The translations under genes were made by a program, and so were the position numbers. From contig CM069137.1 in assembly GCA_035221665.1 (NCBI GenBank), forward strand, positions 24,552,001 through 24,616,000: a stretch of DNA of 64,000 nt. The letters run 5' to 3'. The notes beneath the pieces are model-generated. The model had not been told where the DNA came from and did not search any database. It saw only the letters and a list, made by a program, of their open reading frames with translations. This DNA comes from Okamejei kenojei (Eukaryota). Below, one piece after another: positions 12,451 to 25,751 of the stretch (position 1 is its first letter; every line of letters begins with the position of its first letter).

Positions 12451-13429
12451 TACAAATTACTGATGATAAGATCAGAGGATTGTCAATTTTACCCGTATTA
12501 ACCTTAATTAAGGAATCCTGCATCTTGAGTACAAATTGCAGAGCAGGAGCAGTATTTTAAGAAATGAATGATTCCAGTATATATATCAGCAGACATCTTA
12601 CTATAAACCTGTATAGAGTCCAACAAACATTTTCAATCTCCTGCTGAGAGCAAGTAACCAATATGGAAAACTAGAACAGGCCTGAGAAAAAAAAAAACAG
12701 GCCAGCAAACCAGCAACAAAATGAAACATAAAAAAAAGCCGTAATCAGTTACGGAAACAGCTACAAACTTTTAATTATTGCTCTTACCTCCTCTGTCAAC
12801 TAACTAGCTATTGAAGAAGAGAAAGGGGCAATAATCCACCAACAGGGAAATTCCAAACAATAGCATACAATTTGCACTAAACAACCATCGAATACAGGAG
12901 AACGTGTAAAAGTGAATTAAGTGAATAAATCAGTACATTTTGTAAAAACCAGATAATGAAGAGTTATTTCAGGGTTGTAATCTAATCTCAAGGTTTGGAA
13001 TGAGGTCCAGAACTACTAGTGGGGTCATGATGTCATTCGGACACTCCATAACATTACAATTTGTTAATTGCACTCTCTGCTGAAATGTCAAAGGAGACAC
13101 CTCCATGATCTCATTTGTTACCTTCGTTTCTGTGAAGAGTCACTTTTTCTTTTGCCAGAGGATCTCTTTCAGAAACCAGTTGATTCCCACTACAAACCAG
13201 TCCTTGAGTGTCTCTGTTTAAGAAAATGCCTGATCAATGGCACAGCTTTCATTACAGTGCCCTACTTGCTAGGCTACAGCTGTACATTGAAAACATTGTC
13301 AGGGGCCGGTATGATTTGAGCGCTTTGGATCAGAAATGTGGAAAAATATGCATTCCCATTTTGGCATCTTAAACACACTCGTAAAGGCATGGGATTCTAA
13401 TTGCATTTCTGTAACCTTTTGCTGTAACC

Positions 13430-13655
13430 TGTCACCGTTTAAGGTGAGGGCGAAAGATTAATGGGAACCTGAAGGGTAATCTCTTTACACAAAGGGTAGT
13501 GAGTGCATGGAACAAGCTCCCGGTGGAGGTACTTGAGGCAGGTACTATCGCAATGATTAAGCAGACAGATGGGAGTAGTTTAGATGGGGCATGTTGGTCG
13601 GAGTAGGCAAGTTGGACTGAAGGGCCTGTATCCACAACTATGACTTTATGGCTCT
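13430..13655 (+). mobile_element. CR1 (HER1-like) 3' end
   Basis: tttacacaaagggtagtgagtgcatggaac..gaagggcctgtatcc..tatgac. Confidence 0.8.
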
Positions 13656-13804
13656 AATCTCTTTGTTGTAATTGCAAGACTAAGCATCATAATACTGAAG
13701 GGCGAACGGTGGTGTTTAGATGAATTTGAATTTCGAAACAGTTGTTGAACTGATGGTATGAGATAAGTTACATTGAAAAAAAGTTTTTTTTTTAATATAA
13801 AGCA

Positions 13805-14835
13805 CATTCACAGGATATGATTCTCATTGGCAAGGCCAGCATTTATTTTCCATGCCTAATTGTCCTTGAGACAGTGACATTGCAGAATGCAAGATCAAGG
13901 TACTAGCGAAGTGCTGTAATGTAGATCGCTCAACAATATATTTCCAAGGCAGGGTGGTGAGAGGAGACGGTGCAGTTGGAGGTGATGGGGCTCCCACATG
14001 AATACTCCTTTTGTCCTTCAGATACCAGGAGTCGGGGAAGCCTTGGTGATCGCTATTGTCTGTCTTGTAGATGGAGTGCACCACATTCATTGGAGAGAAT
14101 TGCTGTTGATTTTTTTCCGTATCATATAGGATGCAGCCTGTTCTTGTCTGGATGGTCCCTGGCACCACAGCAGTTGTGGTGTCCATAGTAGGGCACTAAT
14201 GTAGACATGTCTTCAACTGAAGAGGTACAACTGGAAATACAACCAGCACAGAAGCATCCCCATCTGTGACATGATGCAAAGAAGTCCAGTTAATAAGTAG
14301 TTGAAGATGGTTGGGCTTAAAATACTGCCTGATAGATGATTGTAACAATGTCTCATGGCCATGTTGGTTCATCTCCAATCGCACAACCATCTTCCTTTGC
14401 ATTAAATATGAATCCAACAAGTCAAACATTGCACACTAGTTCTGAGTGACTTTCTTTAAAAGAAGGCTTCCTCGTGTAGTGAAGTGCAGCTTTGATGGCA
14501 AGGGCATTCATTCTTGGTTTGTTCAGCTGTTTACGTTCATGTTTCTAAGAAGATCTAAAGTCGATTGGTCCTGACAAAACCTAAACTGAGCATTGTGAGC
14601 AAGCTTTCAGTGTTGGATAACACTTTTGATGATCCCTTTCATTACTTTGCTGATAATTGAGAGAAGACGGATAGCATAATAATTAATAGATTGGATTTGT
14701 CCTGTGTTTGTGGGCATTAGCATTTCAAGGTTATCTTTCACTTTGTTTTATATATGGTATTGGAGGGGTTATATTGCAACAACCTGGACAAGCCAACTAG
14801 TTTTGATGTACAAATCTTCAACATTACTATTCAGA
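13805..14835 (-). mobile_element. Old, diverged LINE fragment (CR1/L2 group)
   Basis: Tail aaggccagcatttattttccatgcctaattgtccttgag; internal RT-like remnants (cagctttgatggcaagggca, region of LDIKAAF on minus). Confidence 0.55.
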
Positions 14836-14904
14836 TGTCAGGTGAAGACTTGGTGAAGACTTAGTTTTGTGATGGTAGAGGCTATGATGTTTCTTTTCCA
14901 CATA

Positions 14905-15112
14905 ACAATAGACAAAAGGTGCAGGAGTAGGCCATTCGGCCCTTCGAGCTAGCACCGCCATTCAATGTGATCATGGCTGATTATCCCCAATCAGTACCCC
15001 ATTCCTACCTTCTCCCCATATCCCCTGACTCCGCTATCTTTGAGAGCCCTATCTAGCTCTCCCTTGAAAGTGTCCAGAGAACCGGCCTCCACCGCCCTCT
15101 GAGGCAGAGACA
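14905..15112 (-). mobile_element. Young CR1 3' end, second subfamily
   Basis: ggtgcaggagtaggccattcggcccttcgag..ctctgaggcagag; reverse of the 8905-type tail with CpGs intact. Confidence 0.82.
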
Positions 15113-15463
15113 CTTCTTCTGGATTGAGTTACGGCCAGCATTTATTCACAATCCCTAATCACCACTTGAGAAGATAGAAGGTGCTTAAGTCAACCGCATG
15201 GGGTGTGTCTGGACTGACATATAGACCAGTTTGGATAAAGATGGCAGATTTTCTCCATGAATGGCACCATTAAACCAGGTGAGTTTTAATACAATCCAGT
15301 TGTTTTTGTGTTGATTGTTTGTAAACTAGATATTGCCAGTTGTTTTTTTTAATTCCAGGTTAATAAATGAATTCAAATTTCACAGCTCCCATGGTGGGAT
15401 TTGAACTCAAATCTTTAGATTGTTAGGTCTCTGAATTACTAATCTAGTAATTTAGCTTCCACC
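15113..15463 (-). mobile_element. Old tRNA-derived SINE, MetaSINE-like central domain
   Basis: Minus-strand B-box gagttcaaatcc. Central segment resembles the recalled Meta domain (ctggttcactaatgtcctttagggaaggaaatctgcc). Tail shared with the LINE at 13805. Confidence 0.5.
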
Positions 15464-16084
15464 TTATCCATATTAGAGATAATTGCAACTAATTCAGCCA
15501 CATCCTTTCTACTCGCTCAACCTCTATTATAATGGACAGAGATTTTTTTAGGGAATGTGTTGCTACCATTACTTGGCCACCATTATTCACAACTGAATTG
15601 TTGAGTTTTGATCTGATCCATTGGTTCTTTTTGAAGCCAATTCACAGTAAAATGTCATACAGATTTTCAGAAGTGCAGTACCATTATCTTTAGTTCAATA
15701 TCTTAAAGATATGCAGGAAGTACTAACTAAACTATTTTCTGTTGGTTACTTTGTTGCTGGTGGATGAGGGACAAAGTATGCTCATGTCATTTCTTTAGGA
15801 GGCAGTTCAGAGACCACACCCATCTGTCAGTGAAAAAGTGACAGGAAAATGTGAAAAAAAAGTATTGGAAATGTTTTCAAACGAGAAAGGTCCACCAGCT
15901 ATTGACAAGGAAACGATGATAAGCTGGAAATTAAATAAAGAGTGGCAATGGAAAAATTGGTGACAGCCTCGGACTATGTTGTGGACTCCTGGTTGCCTCG
16001 AATATATCCTGCGATAGGGAAACAGAAATTAAAAAGGCAAAGAAAATCTGAAAAGAAAGTAATTAGAAAGAACAGACAGTTGTG

Positions 16085-16440
16085 AGGCTGCTTTAATGAG
16101 CTCAGGCCTTGCCAAAGCACTTTACAGTCTATGAAGTACTTTGGACGTGTAGAAACCCAGCAGCCAAATTACAGATTGGAGTTCCCATTAAATGCAATGA
16201 GATAATGCTCAGATCAATAGGTCATTTCTCAGCATTGGTGGTTGAGGGATAAATGGTGGCCAGAGAGAACCCACTTCGCAACTTCAAAATCCCACCGGTA
16301 GGATTTTTAACCTGCACCTGAGAGGGCAGATGGGGTATTTTGTTTGGTGCGTGTGCTGTAAGGCAGCCCCTCTAACGGTACAGCAATTCCTTTAGCACTG
16401 AACAAAAGTGTCAGGCTTGATCTTTCACTCAATTCCAACA
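16085..16440 (-). mobile_element. DeuSINE, diverged
   Basis: ccaaagcactttacag..tgaagtactttt, ggttgagggataaat, cacctgagagggcagatgggg. Confidence 0.72.
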
Positions 16441-16456
16441 AGCTGCAAGTGCATTT

Positions 16457-16480
16457 GGGGGGGGGGGGGGTGGGGGGGGG
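16457..16480. repeat. Poly-G tract (G14-T-G9) with G-quadruplex potential
   Basis: Directly visible. Confidence 0.85.
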
Positions 16481-19400
16481 AAGATAAAACAACATGAACA
16501 AAAATAAAACTCTGCATGCTCTACCCTGTGAGAATGGGCAGGAAATGATCCATTCTTTTTGCTGGGTTCATTAGTGATTGGTATTGAGTTGATGACGGCA
16601 CACCTGCAGTACATGCCACAGAGTAACCTCAGTGTTCAGCGCCGTGGCTGTGCCAGCTTCCGTCGCTACCAATCACCCCGTTAGACTGACCTTCTTATTG
16701 AGTTTCGTGATTGTATAATCTAGCTTCTGTGCTTGGAAGAAAGGCAGGCATTTACACTTTGGCAAGCTCAGGCTCCACAATAAGTGCGTATAGTTCCACA
16801 GTGGCTCCATTATGCTACACCGCCCACCTTCAGCACCCCGGTCCTCATCACTGCCCTGTTATAGAATAATTGTTCTGTGCATTGCTGAGATTCCCGACTT
16901 GTAGGGTAATGAAAGCTGGTGTGAGCAGTCAAAAGCTAAGCCGAAAGAAAAAGAGTTTTCATCTGTGAGTTGCTGTGAGTCATCCTGTGAGTTGCTCCAT
17001 GACTTTAATTTCTCAAGATGATTTTTTTTTAAATGTTAAGAAAAGTAGCATGTTTTTGTAAGCCCACTTTGTAAAGTACGACTTTAACCCTACCACTGGT
17101 GCTGTAGAATTCAATATATTATCTCCATCTTTCAATAGTGATCTTTAATTCTTGGAGTCTTTGTACTTTACTTTTTAGGCAATACTGCTGAGAAAGAAAA
17201 GAAAGATCTTCTGTCAAAGAAAATAACCATGTGAAAACAGGAATTCAGCGTTCAAAGCTAAATGGCACTGTAAAATCATCTCAGCTAAGCGCCGGGGATA
17301 AAATCAGTGCATGTGCAAGTTATGGGGCCAGTTGAGACTGGCAATATCTTGAAGGGTTGTCGATCTGAATTGGTACCCCACATATTAATCTAAAAAATTG
17401 ATTCTGTTTCTCTCTGCACAAATGCCAGCTGATCTGCTGAATATTTTCAAGCACGTTAAGATTTTGTTTCATTTTTCCAGCAGATACATTATTTTTCCTT
17501 TTGGGGAATCTTACAGGTTCTGATCTCTCATCTATTGCAAAAGGGGTAATAGTGGCAACAAGGGCTAAGGCATTGACCCAATAGTCCCGGGTTATGATGG
17601 AAATCAACCAGTAGGTCTTGCCAAGCGATCGCATGGTAATCACCATGTTAAAGCAGTATTGACTTAGTTACGATGCTAACTAACCTCAGAAGCTCAACCA
17701 GTAGAATAGGAAAGTGACCAACCTGACTGAAGATTGCTGCAGCTTCAGGGAGAAAGTGAGTAGGGGAGGAAAGGAAATCATTTATTGTGTCAGAAGCTGG
17801 TTGTTTGCAGAGGATGTTGAAATGGAACTTCAAATTGGATTTGGCAAATGAAAGTTCGTCAAGCATAATTGTCAGTCCTGCTTGTTGGTGTGCATAAGCA
17901 CACATATTTTTGTGTGCGTTTATGTCTGATTGGGTGCACATATGTATTTATATGTGTGCAACAGTATGCGTGAATGAATAGCTCTCTGTATGTTGGGGAG
18001 GGGGGCTGGGTGGGTGCAGAGTGGGAGAAAATTAGGAGGTTGGAAGACTGAGCTGTTTGAGGAGCAGGATTCAGAAGAACAGTGGCTCACTGTTGTTTCT
18101 TTCAGAAGATCTGTTATTGTTAGAGATTAGCAAGTCTGCTTCATACTGATTGTTCCCTACTCACAGTACGCACTGGTACCTGCTGGCACATCATTAATGC
18201 TTTAGATAAATGTTTGGGGCAGTAATATTTGGGTCTGTTTTTTTTCAGGACAGGGATAACTCCCCTATCTGAATAGTATGAACTCAAGTTAATTTTTCCA
18301 ATATTTTCTAGAATGGCCGTATCACTGCCATTTTACTCCAAAACTAAATACCTCATCAGAGCAATATTTTTACATTTAGATGTGTGTAGGCAGTTAGCAT
18401 GGACTGGTAAATGAAAATTCCATAATATGGAATTACATATTGTTACCGGTTCATGGCTCAAGCTCTCTAACAAAGATGGTATGCTTACATATCTTGTTTC
18501 GATATCTTGTGCATTGCAACTTACCCTATCACAAGCAAACTTTACGAAAGTGCTCACTGCTTCCATCCTTATCTACCCATCTCCACCTCATTACACATCT
18601 CTAAGGCGTATAGGTTTCAGATTGCAACCTACATGTGGTGTGCCAGTGAGCTTGTATCCATGATGATTGAATGGCTCGTTCAATCAATTCCTTACTGTAG
18701 TTTTCAAACCCATATATTTCCAGTATTTGCACGGAATCTCTTCACGTAGAATTTAGCAGATTATTTTTCAACCTACACATGCTGTAAAAGCTTTAGCAGC
18801 AGATTAGTGAACTGCATTCTCACCTATCCAAATGCTACTTTCTAAACTGATCAGTGGGTTAGTTTAGCACAAACTTTCATGTCCTTTTAAACTTTACCAG
18901 TGCAAAAATCGTAATGATAAAAGATTGTCGTGATGGTTCTGGAATGATGCATCTGTAAATAGAAAAGGGTATATGATTCTGTAGTTATTCACCAATGTTA
19001 TGATTTGGAGTCTGTCAGTAAGAACAATATTTAACAATACCTCTGAAAGTTACCAAATTTCTCTAATTCTGGAGCTGTTGAATGCCTGGAAGTAACCAAG
19101 GCCTATGAAATAATATGGAGGTTTTTTAAGTGTAAATCTCCTTTTGAAATATTGATGCTAATGTGCAGGAATGTGGTCATCAAGGAGTTTAAAGGAATGC
19201 CTGAAGCTCATTCTACATTTTTGCTTTGTGACATGTCGTCATGTGTTTAAAAGAAAGTCAATCGGCAATTAACTGACGCACCTTGTGAAGATGACAAAAG
19301 GCATTTTGGTTGCAAAAAAATAACTGAGTTGTGAGGGGTTGTAATGAAGGAGTAATGACTATTCATAAGCGATTTTCAGCACGTTGATCCACTTGACTGG

Positions 19401-19939
19401 AAAGTTCTGCCCTGGAGAGTTTGTGCTGTCAGTTTCTTTCACCTCAGAAAGCTGCCGCAATCGGTATGTGAGTGAGAAATTATCTAGTTATGGCTGCAGG
19501 CCTGTCTCAGGTCAGATGTGTTAAGCATACATCTGTCCTACTATAGGTGTGCGCATGTGAGCACAGAAGGCTGGAAAACAGTGAGCTCTGTACATATTTA
19601 CTTTGGCTTATCACTGTTCTATCTCAATTGCTGATTTTACCTTATCAAAAGGTAAATAGTTGATTGGCCCATTAAGGCTTCTCAATAGCCACTTGAAAGT
19701 TTTGTTTGTGGAAAGGGTTGGCACCCGATGTCCAATTGAAATTTAACAGCCACTGCAGGTACAGCAAATGTTTTGAGCTTTTGGCCTGTCAATAATGCAG
19801 TAGCAAAGCAATTTAAGATTTTATGCATATTTTAGGAAGCTCTGTCTATGTGTTATGGTTGCACCATCACAATCTATTGATACCTAGGAAGTTCATAATG
19901 CTGCACGGACTTTAATGGCGAAAAGCCAAATTAACAATT

Positions 19940-20128
19940 AAACAAAAAGCTGGAGTAACTCAGCGGGACAGGCAGCATCTCTGGAGAGAAGGAATGGGTG
20001 ATGTTTTGGGTCGACCTGAAACGTCACCCATTCCTCCTCTGCAGAGTTGCTGCCTGTCCTGCTGAGTTACTCCAGCTTTTTGTGTCTATCTTCGGTTCAA
20101 ACCAACATCTGCAGTTCCTTCCTACATA
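19940..20128. mobile_element. PLE-derived palindromic repeat
   Basis: About 80-bp inverted arms centred on gggtcgacctg; tail catctgcagttccttcctaca. Confidence 0.72.
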
Positions 20129-23100
20129 TAACGTGCATGTACCTCCTCAATTGAAAAAAAAAACAAGCAAGTTATTCAGTGTGTATTTTGCGATTATTCT
20201 AAGTTTATGTTATAAGGCGGTGCAACATTTTGAAATACTTATGGTAATCCAAATTGAAAAACACCCTCTTGCTCTGTATGAGTGTGGCAAAGTACAGAGG
20301 ATTTTAAAAGCTGTAAACTACACTGTTCATTTCATTACAGCCATTTTGTGGAACTGAAATATGCCTCTGAAGGGATACTTGTTTGCAAGTTCATGATCTG
20401 CTGGTAAAATCCGTCTTTTGGGAAAGAATTTCCTTATAAAAATGTAGCTTCACGAACTATGCACATTTAGATATCAGGCAAATCTTTCCTTTCTTACACT
20501 TTAAAATCGAGTGGAGAACAAGGCGTACCTGGAAGAGATTACAAAGCGATAATTTAATTGGCAAGCTCATATTTATATTATAATGATACACAAGAGAAAA
20601 GTGGATGGCTTAGAAAATGGTTAAACCTCAAGATGCGATTTCTGCCTTGTTTGTTTTTCCCCCAGCAATTGTTATTACACATTTGTAATAAAATGTACAA
20701 CATGAAATAGATGAGTTGCCTCATTCTGTTTTTGATACATTTGAAGGGCAGCAACAGAATAACTTGGAAGCATCCTTGGTGCTGCAATAAAGAAACACAC
20801 ATCATTGCTGACCCATGTCTAAGGAAAAACTGTTGCTGTCAAGAAAAACAAAGCATTTTAAGAATGAAACAAATAATATGCTATTGATCACCCACACTCT
20901 TCACTGGTACACCATTGTATATATTGTAAAGTGCCAATAGTTTGCCTGCATATTCAGTTTAACACAAACTGCAATTATTTACTAACAATTCCTATGTTCA
21001 TTTTAAAAAAGATTTGTATTACATTATACTTTACTGCAACTCAGTTTAACTGTATCCCCGGAAAATACAGAAAAAAAACGTTAGTTCTAAGCAATGTTAT
21101 TTTTCACTCTTTGAGTTACTATAAACATCAACAAATTCCGTTTTTTTTTTAATGCTATTCTCCACAAAAAGTTTTTTTTTGAATAATCACTATAACCATT
21201 CATTTATTTTATCTTCTATAAGTACAGACATGCGAATATGTAAATTTGTGCTTACCAATTTCTTCAATGATAACCTGCTTCAGTAATGTGTGGGCTTAGG
21301 CACACACTTTTTACTTTGGGGCATCATGACTGAAAACCAATATTGTTCCCTCACTCACAAGCACGCATACATTTTCAAACAGGAACCTGAATTGTGGTTA
21401 ATTTGTCTTTAATTGACAATTGCAATAACCTGACTGCCATCTTGTGAAGTAGCTCAGTGGTGATCCTGGAGTCTTCTAAGATGTATATAGCATTTACAGA
21501 CACCTGAAACAAGGTATAGTACATTATATAAACACATATATAACACATAAAACATATATAGGTTCATATTAGATGGCTTTTCCTTTTAATAAGGAGTCAC
21601 ATACAATCAAATTTTCCATAAATAAATCTATTGCTTATTTTGATTTCAATTACCTTTTAAAAGCCTGATTTCCTATCTTGTTCTAAGTATTTATTTTCTT
21701 TTAGCAAATGAGTTATGATCAAGGTAATTCATTGTTCTGGAGTATCTAGGCCTAGAACTCAATACAGGAACTGTCATCTTTAAGCCCACAGTACACTACG
21801 AAACAATATACTAATACCACCATCAATAAATTATATTGCTGATCACTTCTGTCTTACTAATATAATGGGTTGAGGTCTCTGGTCTTCCATTTCAGCCTGG
21901 AGGCTATGCGTAGATTTTAACATGTCCTCAGTGATCATAATACAAAACCAAAATCACCCAGATATTTAAATCCTTAATTATGCCAACTAGACTACTTTGC
22001 TTTTGCTAAATGGAAGGGGACATGGAGAGAGAGAATGGACAGGGTTAGTGAGATACAGGAGTCATCTGGTAAGAAGCACTGATAAACTCTCCGTGATCCC
22101 ACTGCAATGTTGGCAGGAATGTTCCAAAACCTTAGTGCCTTAAATACGTAAAGACTGTAATAAAATTGCTGGTTCCCCTTGGATTTCTAACAAAATCATT
22201 CATGTAATTTTAATAAAATATTTGCAACGTTACTCACTTCAAAAAGGAGACACCAATCTGCCTGTATGCTCGATTGTATGCTCTTTGTTTAACATCTTTC
22301 CTGTTTTTTCTAACACTATATTATCATTCAACAATCACACTGTTAAAAGTTGATTGATAGCCATGGATATGATCTAAGCTACTGGACCTTTGAGGCCAAT
22401 AATGTTTTTGTGCTAAACCCAAACTTCAGTCATTTGATGATTGTTAATTGGAATAAACTCACTTTGTTCCCAGATAGCTCAGCGGGGTATAAGAATTAAC
22501 TTGTGTGGTCTTTAGCTATGTTGGATCAGGAAAATCTGCATCTTAACACCCTATTTTCTCCTTTACTTACAAAGTAAATCAACAAAATAAGGCTTTTTTT
22601 CCTCCCAAGCAACTCCAGGCTACTATATGAAGGACTAACAGGGATGTGCACAAACAAACTTGTTCCAGCAAACTACAAGAGTGGAATGTGCTCTTTCCTT
22701 TTACTCACCAAACAGACAGCAGTGGTCCTTTAAAACTTTTATAGTTCCCATAATTACAAGTGTTTTGAGGCCCTCCTCATAAGACTGTCCTTGAGAGTCA
22801 TATAAAAGCACAGCATAGCTGGATGTATTCTACAGATGCTGATTTGCATGTTGAAAAGCATCAGTAAATGGGGCAACTACTGACTGTCCTGCATCAGACA
22901 GGATTCACTGTGAGGCTGTACTAAACCTTCTGCCTTTGAAGAGTGAGAACTATCTTCCTACTAATTAAGTATATGAGAATGTACAAGGCATGATTGGTAA
23001 GTTTGTCCTTGACATTAAAATAAGTGGTATCGCAGATAGTGAAGATGGCTATCAACAAGTGGGTTGTTGATTAGCTTGGCAAGTGAACTGAGGAATGCCA

Positions 23101-23395
23101 AATGGAGTTTAATTCTGAGATGCGCATTTTGCGAATCCAAAGCAGGTCAGGACATTCACAGTAAATGTAGGCCATTGGAAACTGTTGAAGATCAGAGGGA
23201 TCGAGGAGTACAAGTATGTAGTTCCCTGAAAGTGGTGTCGCAGGAAGATAGGATGATGAAGAAGGCTTTTGGCATACTGGCCTTCATCAGTCAGGGAATT
23301 GAGTACAGGAGTTGTGACATTATGGTACAGTTGTGCAAGACGTTGTTGAGACCACCCTTGGAGTTTTGTTTTCAGTTTTGGTTATTCTGCTATAG

Positions 23396-23458
23396 CAGGG
23401 GCCTCCGAACTTTTCAGCATGAGGGCCACATTATATACTTGACACATTTTATGGCGCG

Positions 23459-23535
<77 letters not shown>

Positions 23536-23762
23536 TTGCCGATCTTCACTGTCTCCCCGGGGCCATCAACGGTAACCTGTCAGCAGCTGAACACAAACCT
23601 TCAACTTGATAGCCAACGGCAAACTGACGTGTAAGTTCCCGCGCTACCACAGAACCCGCTAAATAGCCCGCCACACGGAACGTGTTAAGAGCTTGCTGCG
23701 GGCCGGATGAAATCTCGTGGCAGGCCGTATGTGGCCCACGGGCCATTGTTCGGAGACCCCTG
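23396..23762. mobile_element. Non-autonomous hAT (Charlie/MER30-like) transposon with an internal (CA)n tract
   Basis: TIRs CAGGGGCCTCCGAAC / GTTCGGAGACCCCTG (1 mismatch in 15). 8-bp TSD tgctatag (23388-95) / tgttacag (23763-70). Subterminal GGGCC motifs. Interrupts a CR1 fragment. Confidence 0.85.
23462..23533. repeat. Perfect (AC)n microsatellite of about 36 units inside the hAT element
   Basis: Directly visible; explains the HT repeat in ORF 23064-23609. Confidence 0.95.
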
Positions 23763-23794
23763 TGTTACAGGAAAGATGGCACTAAGCAGAAAAT

Positions 23795-23930
23795 CACACA
23801 TTGGGTGACTAATGTTCTATCCCATACACTAGGGACAATATACAGAAGCCAATTAACTTACAAACCTGCACATCTTAGGAATGTGGGAGGAAACCAGAGC
23901 ACCTGGAGAAAACCCACATGGTCACAGGGG
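23795..23930 (-). mobile_element. HE1-type V-SINE fragment
   Basis: Reverse-strand V-domain (aattaacttacaaacctgcac..ggaggaaaccagagcacctggagaaaacccac). Confidence 0.7.
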
Positions 23931-25280
23931 GAATATATATGTTTCCGTGCTGTATGACTCAATGATGTTGAAGTTAAGAACTAAAAAACATTATTAAGCA
24001 TGATGATTATTAGCACAAAATGTGCAATATAGTAGAATGTTAGCTTTGTTCTCTCCCCCGCAATTTGCTTTAATTGAAACAAAATTTGTAAATAAAGTGC
24101 AATATTTTGCTACTGCTATTTACAGATTTACCTCTTACTACCCAAGGGCCATATCTTTCTCAATGATTTTTCATAAATTAAAGTAGTAAAAACATCTCAA
24201 CTCTTGTATATTTATTCAGCTTTTGTGGAAGCCCATCGTAATCTTCACGTTCAGATCTAGACAGTCCAACAGCTCTTTACTCCTATATAGTGTTAGAAGA
24301 TTGGAATCATTGTAAGCTAGATGTCAGTACCAAAAGATCTTCACCTTACCTCGTGTTCCTGCCCCTCCACCCCATCTCCTTCCTCCTTGAGTCTCCCCTA
24401 ACATTTCCTAAGCCTGCAATTTAGCATTCGCGTGGCCGTTTCCAACCACAACTTCCTTAGTTTAATAGATACCCATCACTAATGTTCAGCAGAATACATT
24501 TTATCAGTGCATTCCTGTAAGTGGAAAGTGATATGTTGTTTTAGTACAATATGTACTCAAGACTTTCAAATAGAAGTGCCTCCTGATTGTTACTTGTTAT
24601 AATGTGGGTTCTTGGACGTCTGAGATACCGCTGCATGGAATCATTGTTTCGCATTATGGCGAACAACTAAACCATCTCACTTACTCATGTGGCAGAGAGT
24701 GCTGCTCCTGTACCACGAAAACAGTCACCAGTTCATGAAAGAGAGAGATTCGGACAGATTCAGCTCCTGTTGTTTCTTGGTATCTTGGCCTTTGGTCTTG
24801 ACAAGTCCATCGATACTGTCACAAATGGTGCTTCTATGGCTCCCTGACCTGCTAAGATCGAGGACCTTATCAGTTGGTTCATAAAACAGTGGAAATGAAA
24901 GTCATGCCATACACTTTATCAAGCAAGAACAATTATAGTAAAAATAAACTTCTACACTGCCACCACCATTTTGTTGCAGAAGTTGTGGTGGAATGGTGGA
25001 AATACAAGGTAACAGACAGGGGAGTGATTCCTCTGCTTTTACCATAGCCCTGACAAGTCTAATCTTATCAAAAGTGTTACTTTGAAACGTTTTTTTGACT
25101 ACCGGAGTTTGTTAAATTTAACGTGATGGATATTTACTCCATTCTGTGTTAAAAACAATCAATATGCAAATAGATAGTTTTCTCTTTTATAGCTGGCTTT
25201 TTTTTAATCAGTTTGAACAGGACAATTTCAAAGTTGTTGTTGTTGTTGAAGTACCCCAGTAGGTTGCTGCATTCACAATG

Positions 25281-25515
25281 GGGCATGAGAATGACACTCG
25301 CTAGTAGAGCTGCTGCCCACAGCAACAGAGACCCAGATTTGATCTTGACCTGTGTTCTGTCAGCGTGGAGCTTGCACATTCTCTCTGTGACCGTGTGGGG
25401 TTTCCTCCATTTGCTCCTGTTTCCATCCACGCCCAAAGATGTGTGACTTTGTTGCTTCGTTTGCTTTGGCAAATTTCCCCTAGTGTGGAAGTGGATGCAA
25501 AAGTGGGATGTCAAC
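25281..25515 (+). mobile_element. Diverged HE1-type V-SINE
   Basis: agagctgctgcccacagc..gtggagcttgcacattctctctgtgaccgtgtgggg. Confidence 0.7.
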
Positions 25516-25751
25516 AATAACGGCAATTGCTCATCAATCAGTCTAATTTACTTTTAACTATAACGTTACATGTGGATTTTGATCATATTGAAAGGCAATG
25601 TGAGTTTTACGGAGATTTAAAGCTCTGGGAAAATATTCATGTCCAATGCTTTTCTGATGGTATAAGTTTTATAGCCCACCAATCTAAGCTGCTGCCCTTC
25701 AATGGTATAGTAAAAATAGTAACTGTCACTGGGCATATTATACTCAGTGGG

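Larger units (their letters stand above)
22980..23790 (+). mobile_element. CR1 LINE internal RT fragment, split by the hAT element
   Basis: Translates to QRDRGVQV..SLKV..KKAFGILAFISQGIEYRS..QLCKTLLRPPLEFCFQFW, a typical CR1 ORF2 segment. Confidence 0.85.

Noticed and set aside
23064-23609. 181-aa ORF with a His-Thr repeat
   Set aside because: Chimera of decayed CR1 RT, hAT end and (AC)n microsatellite.
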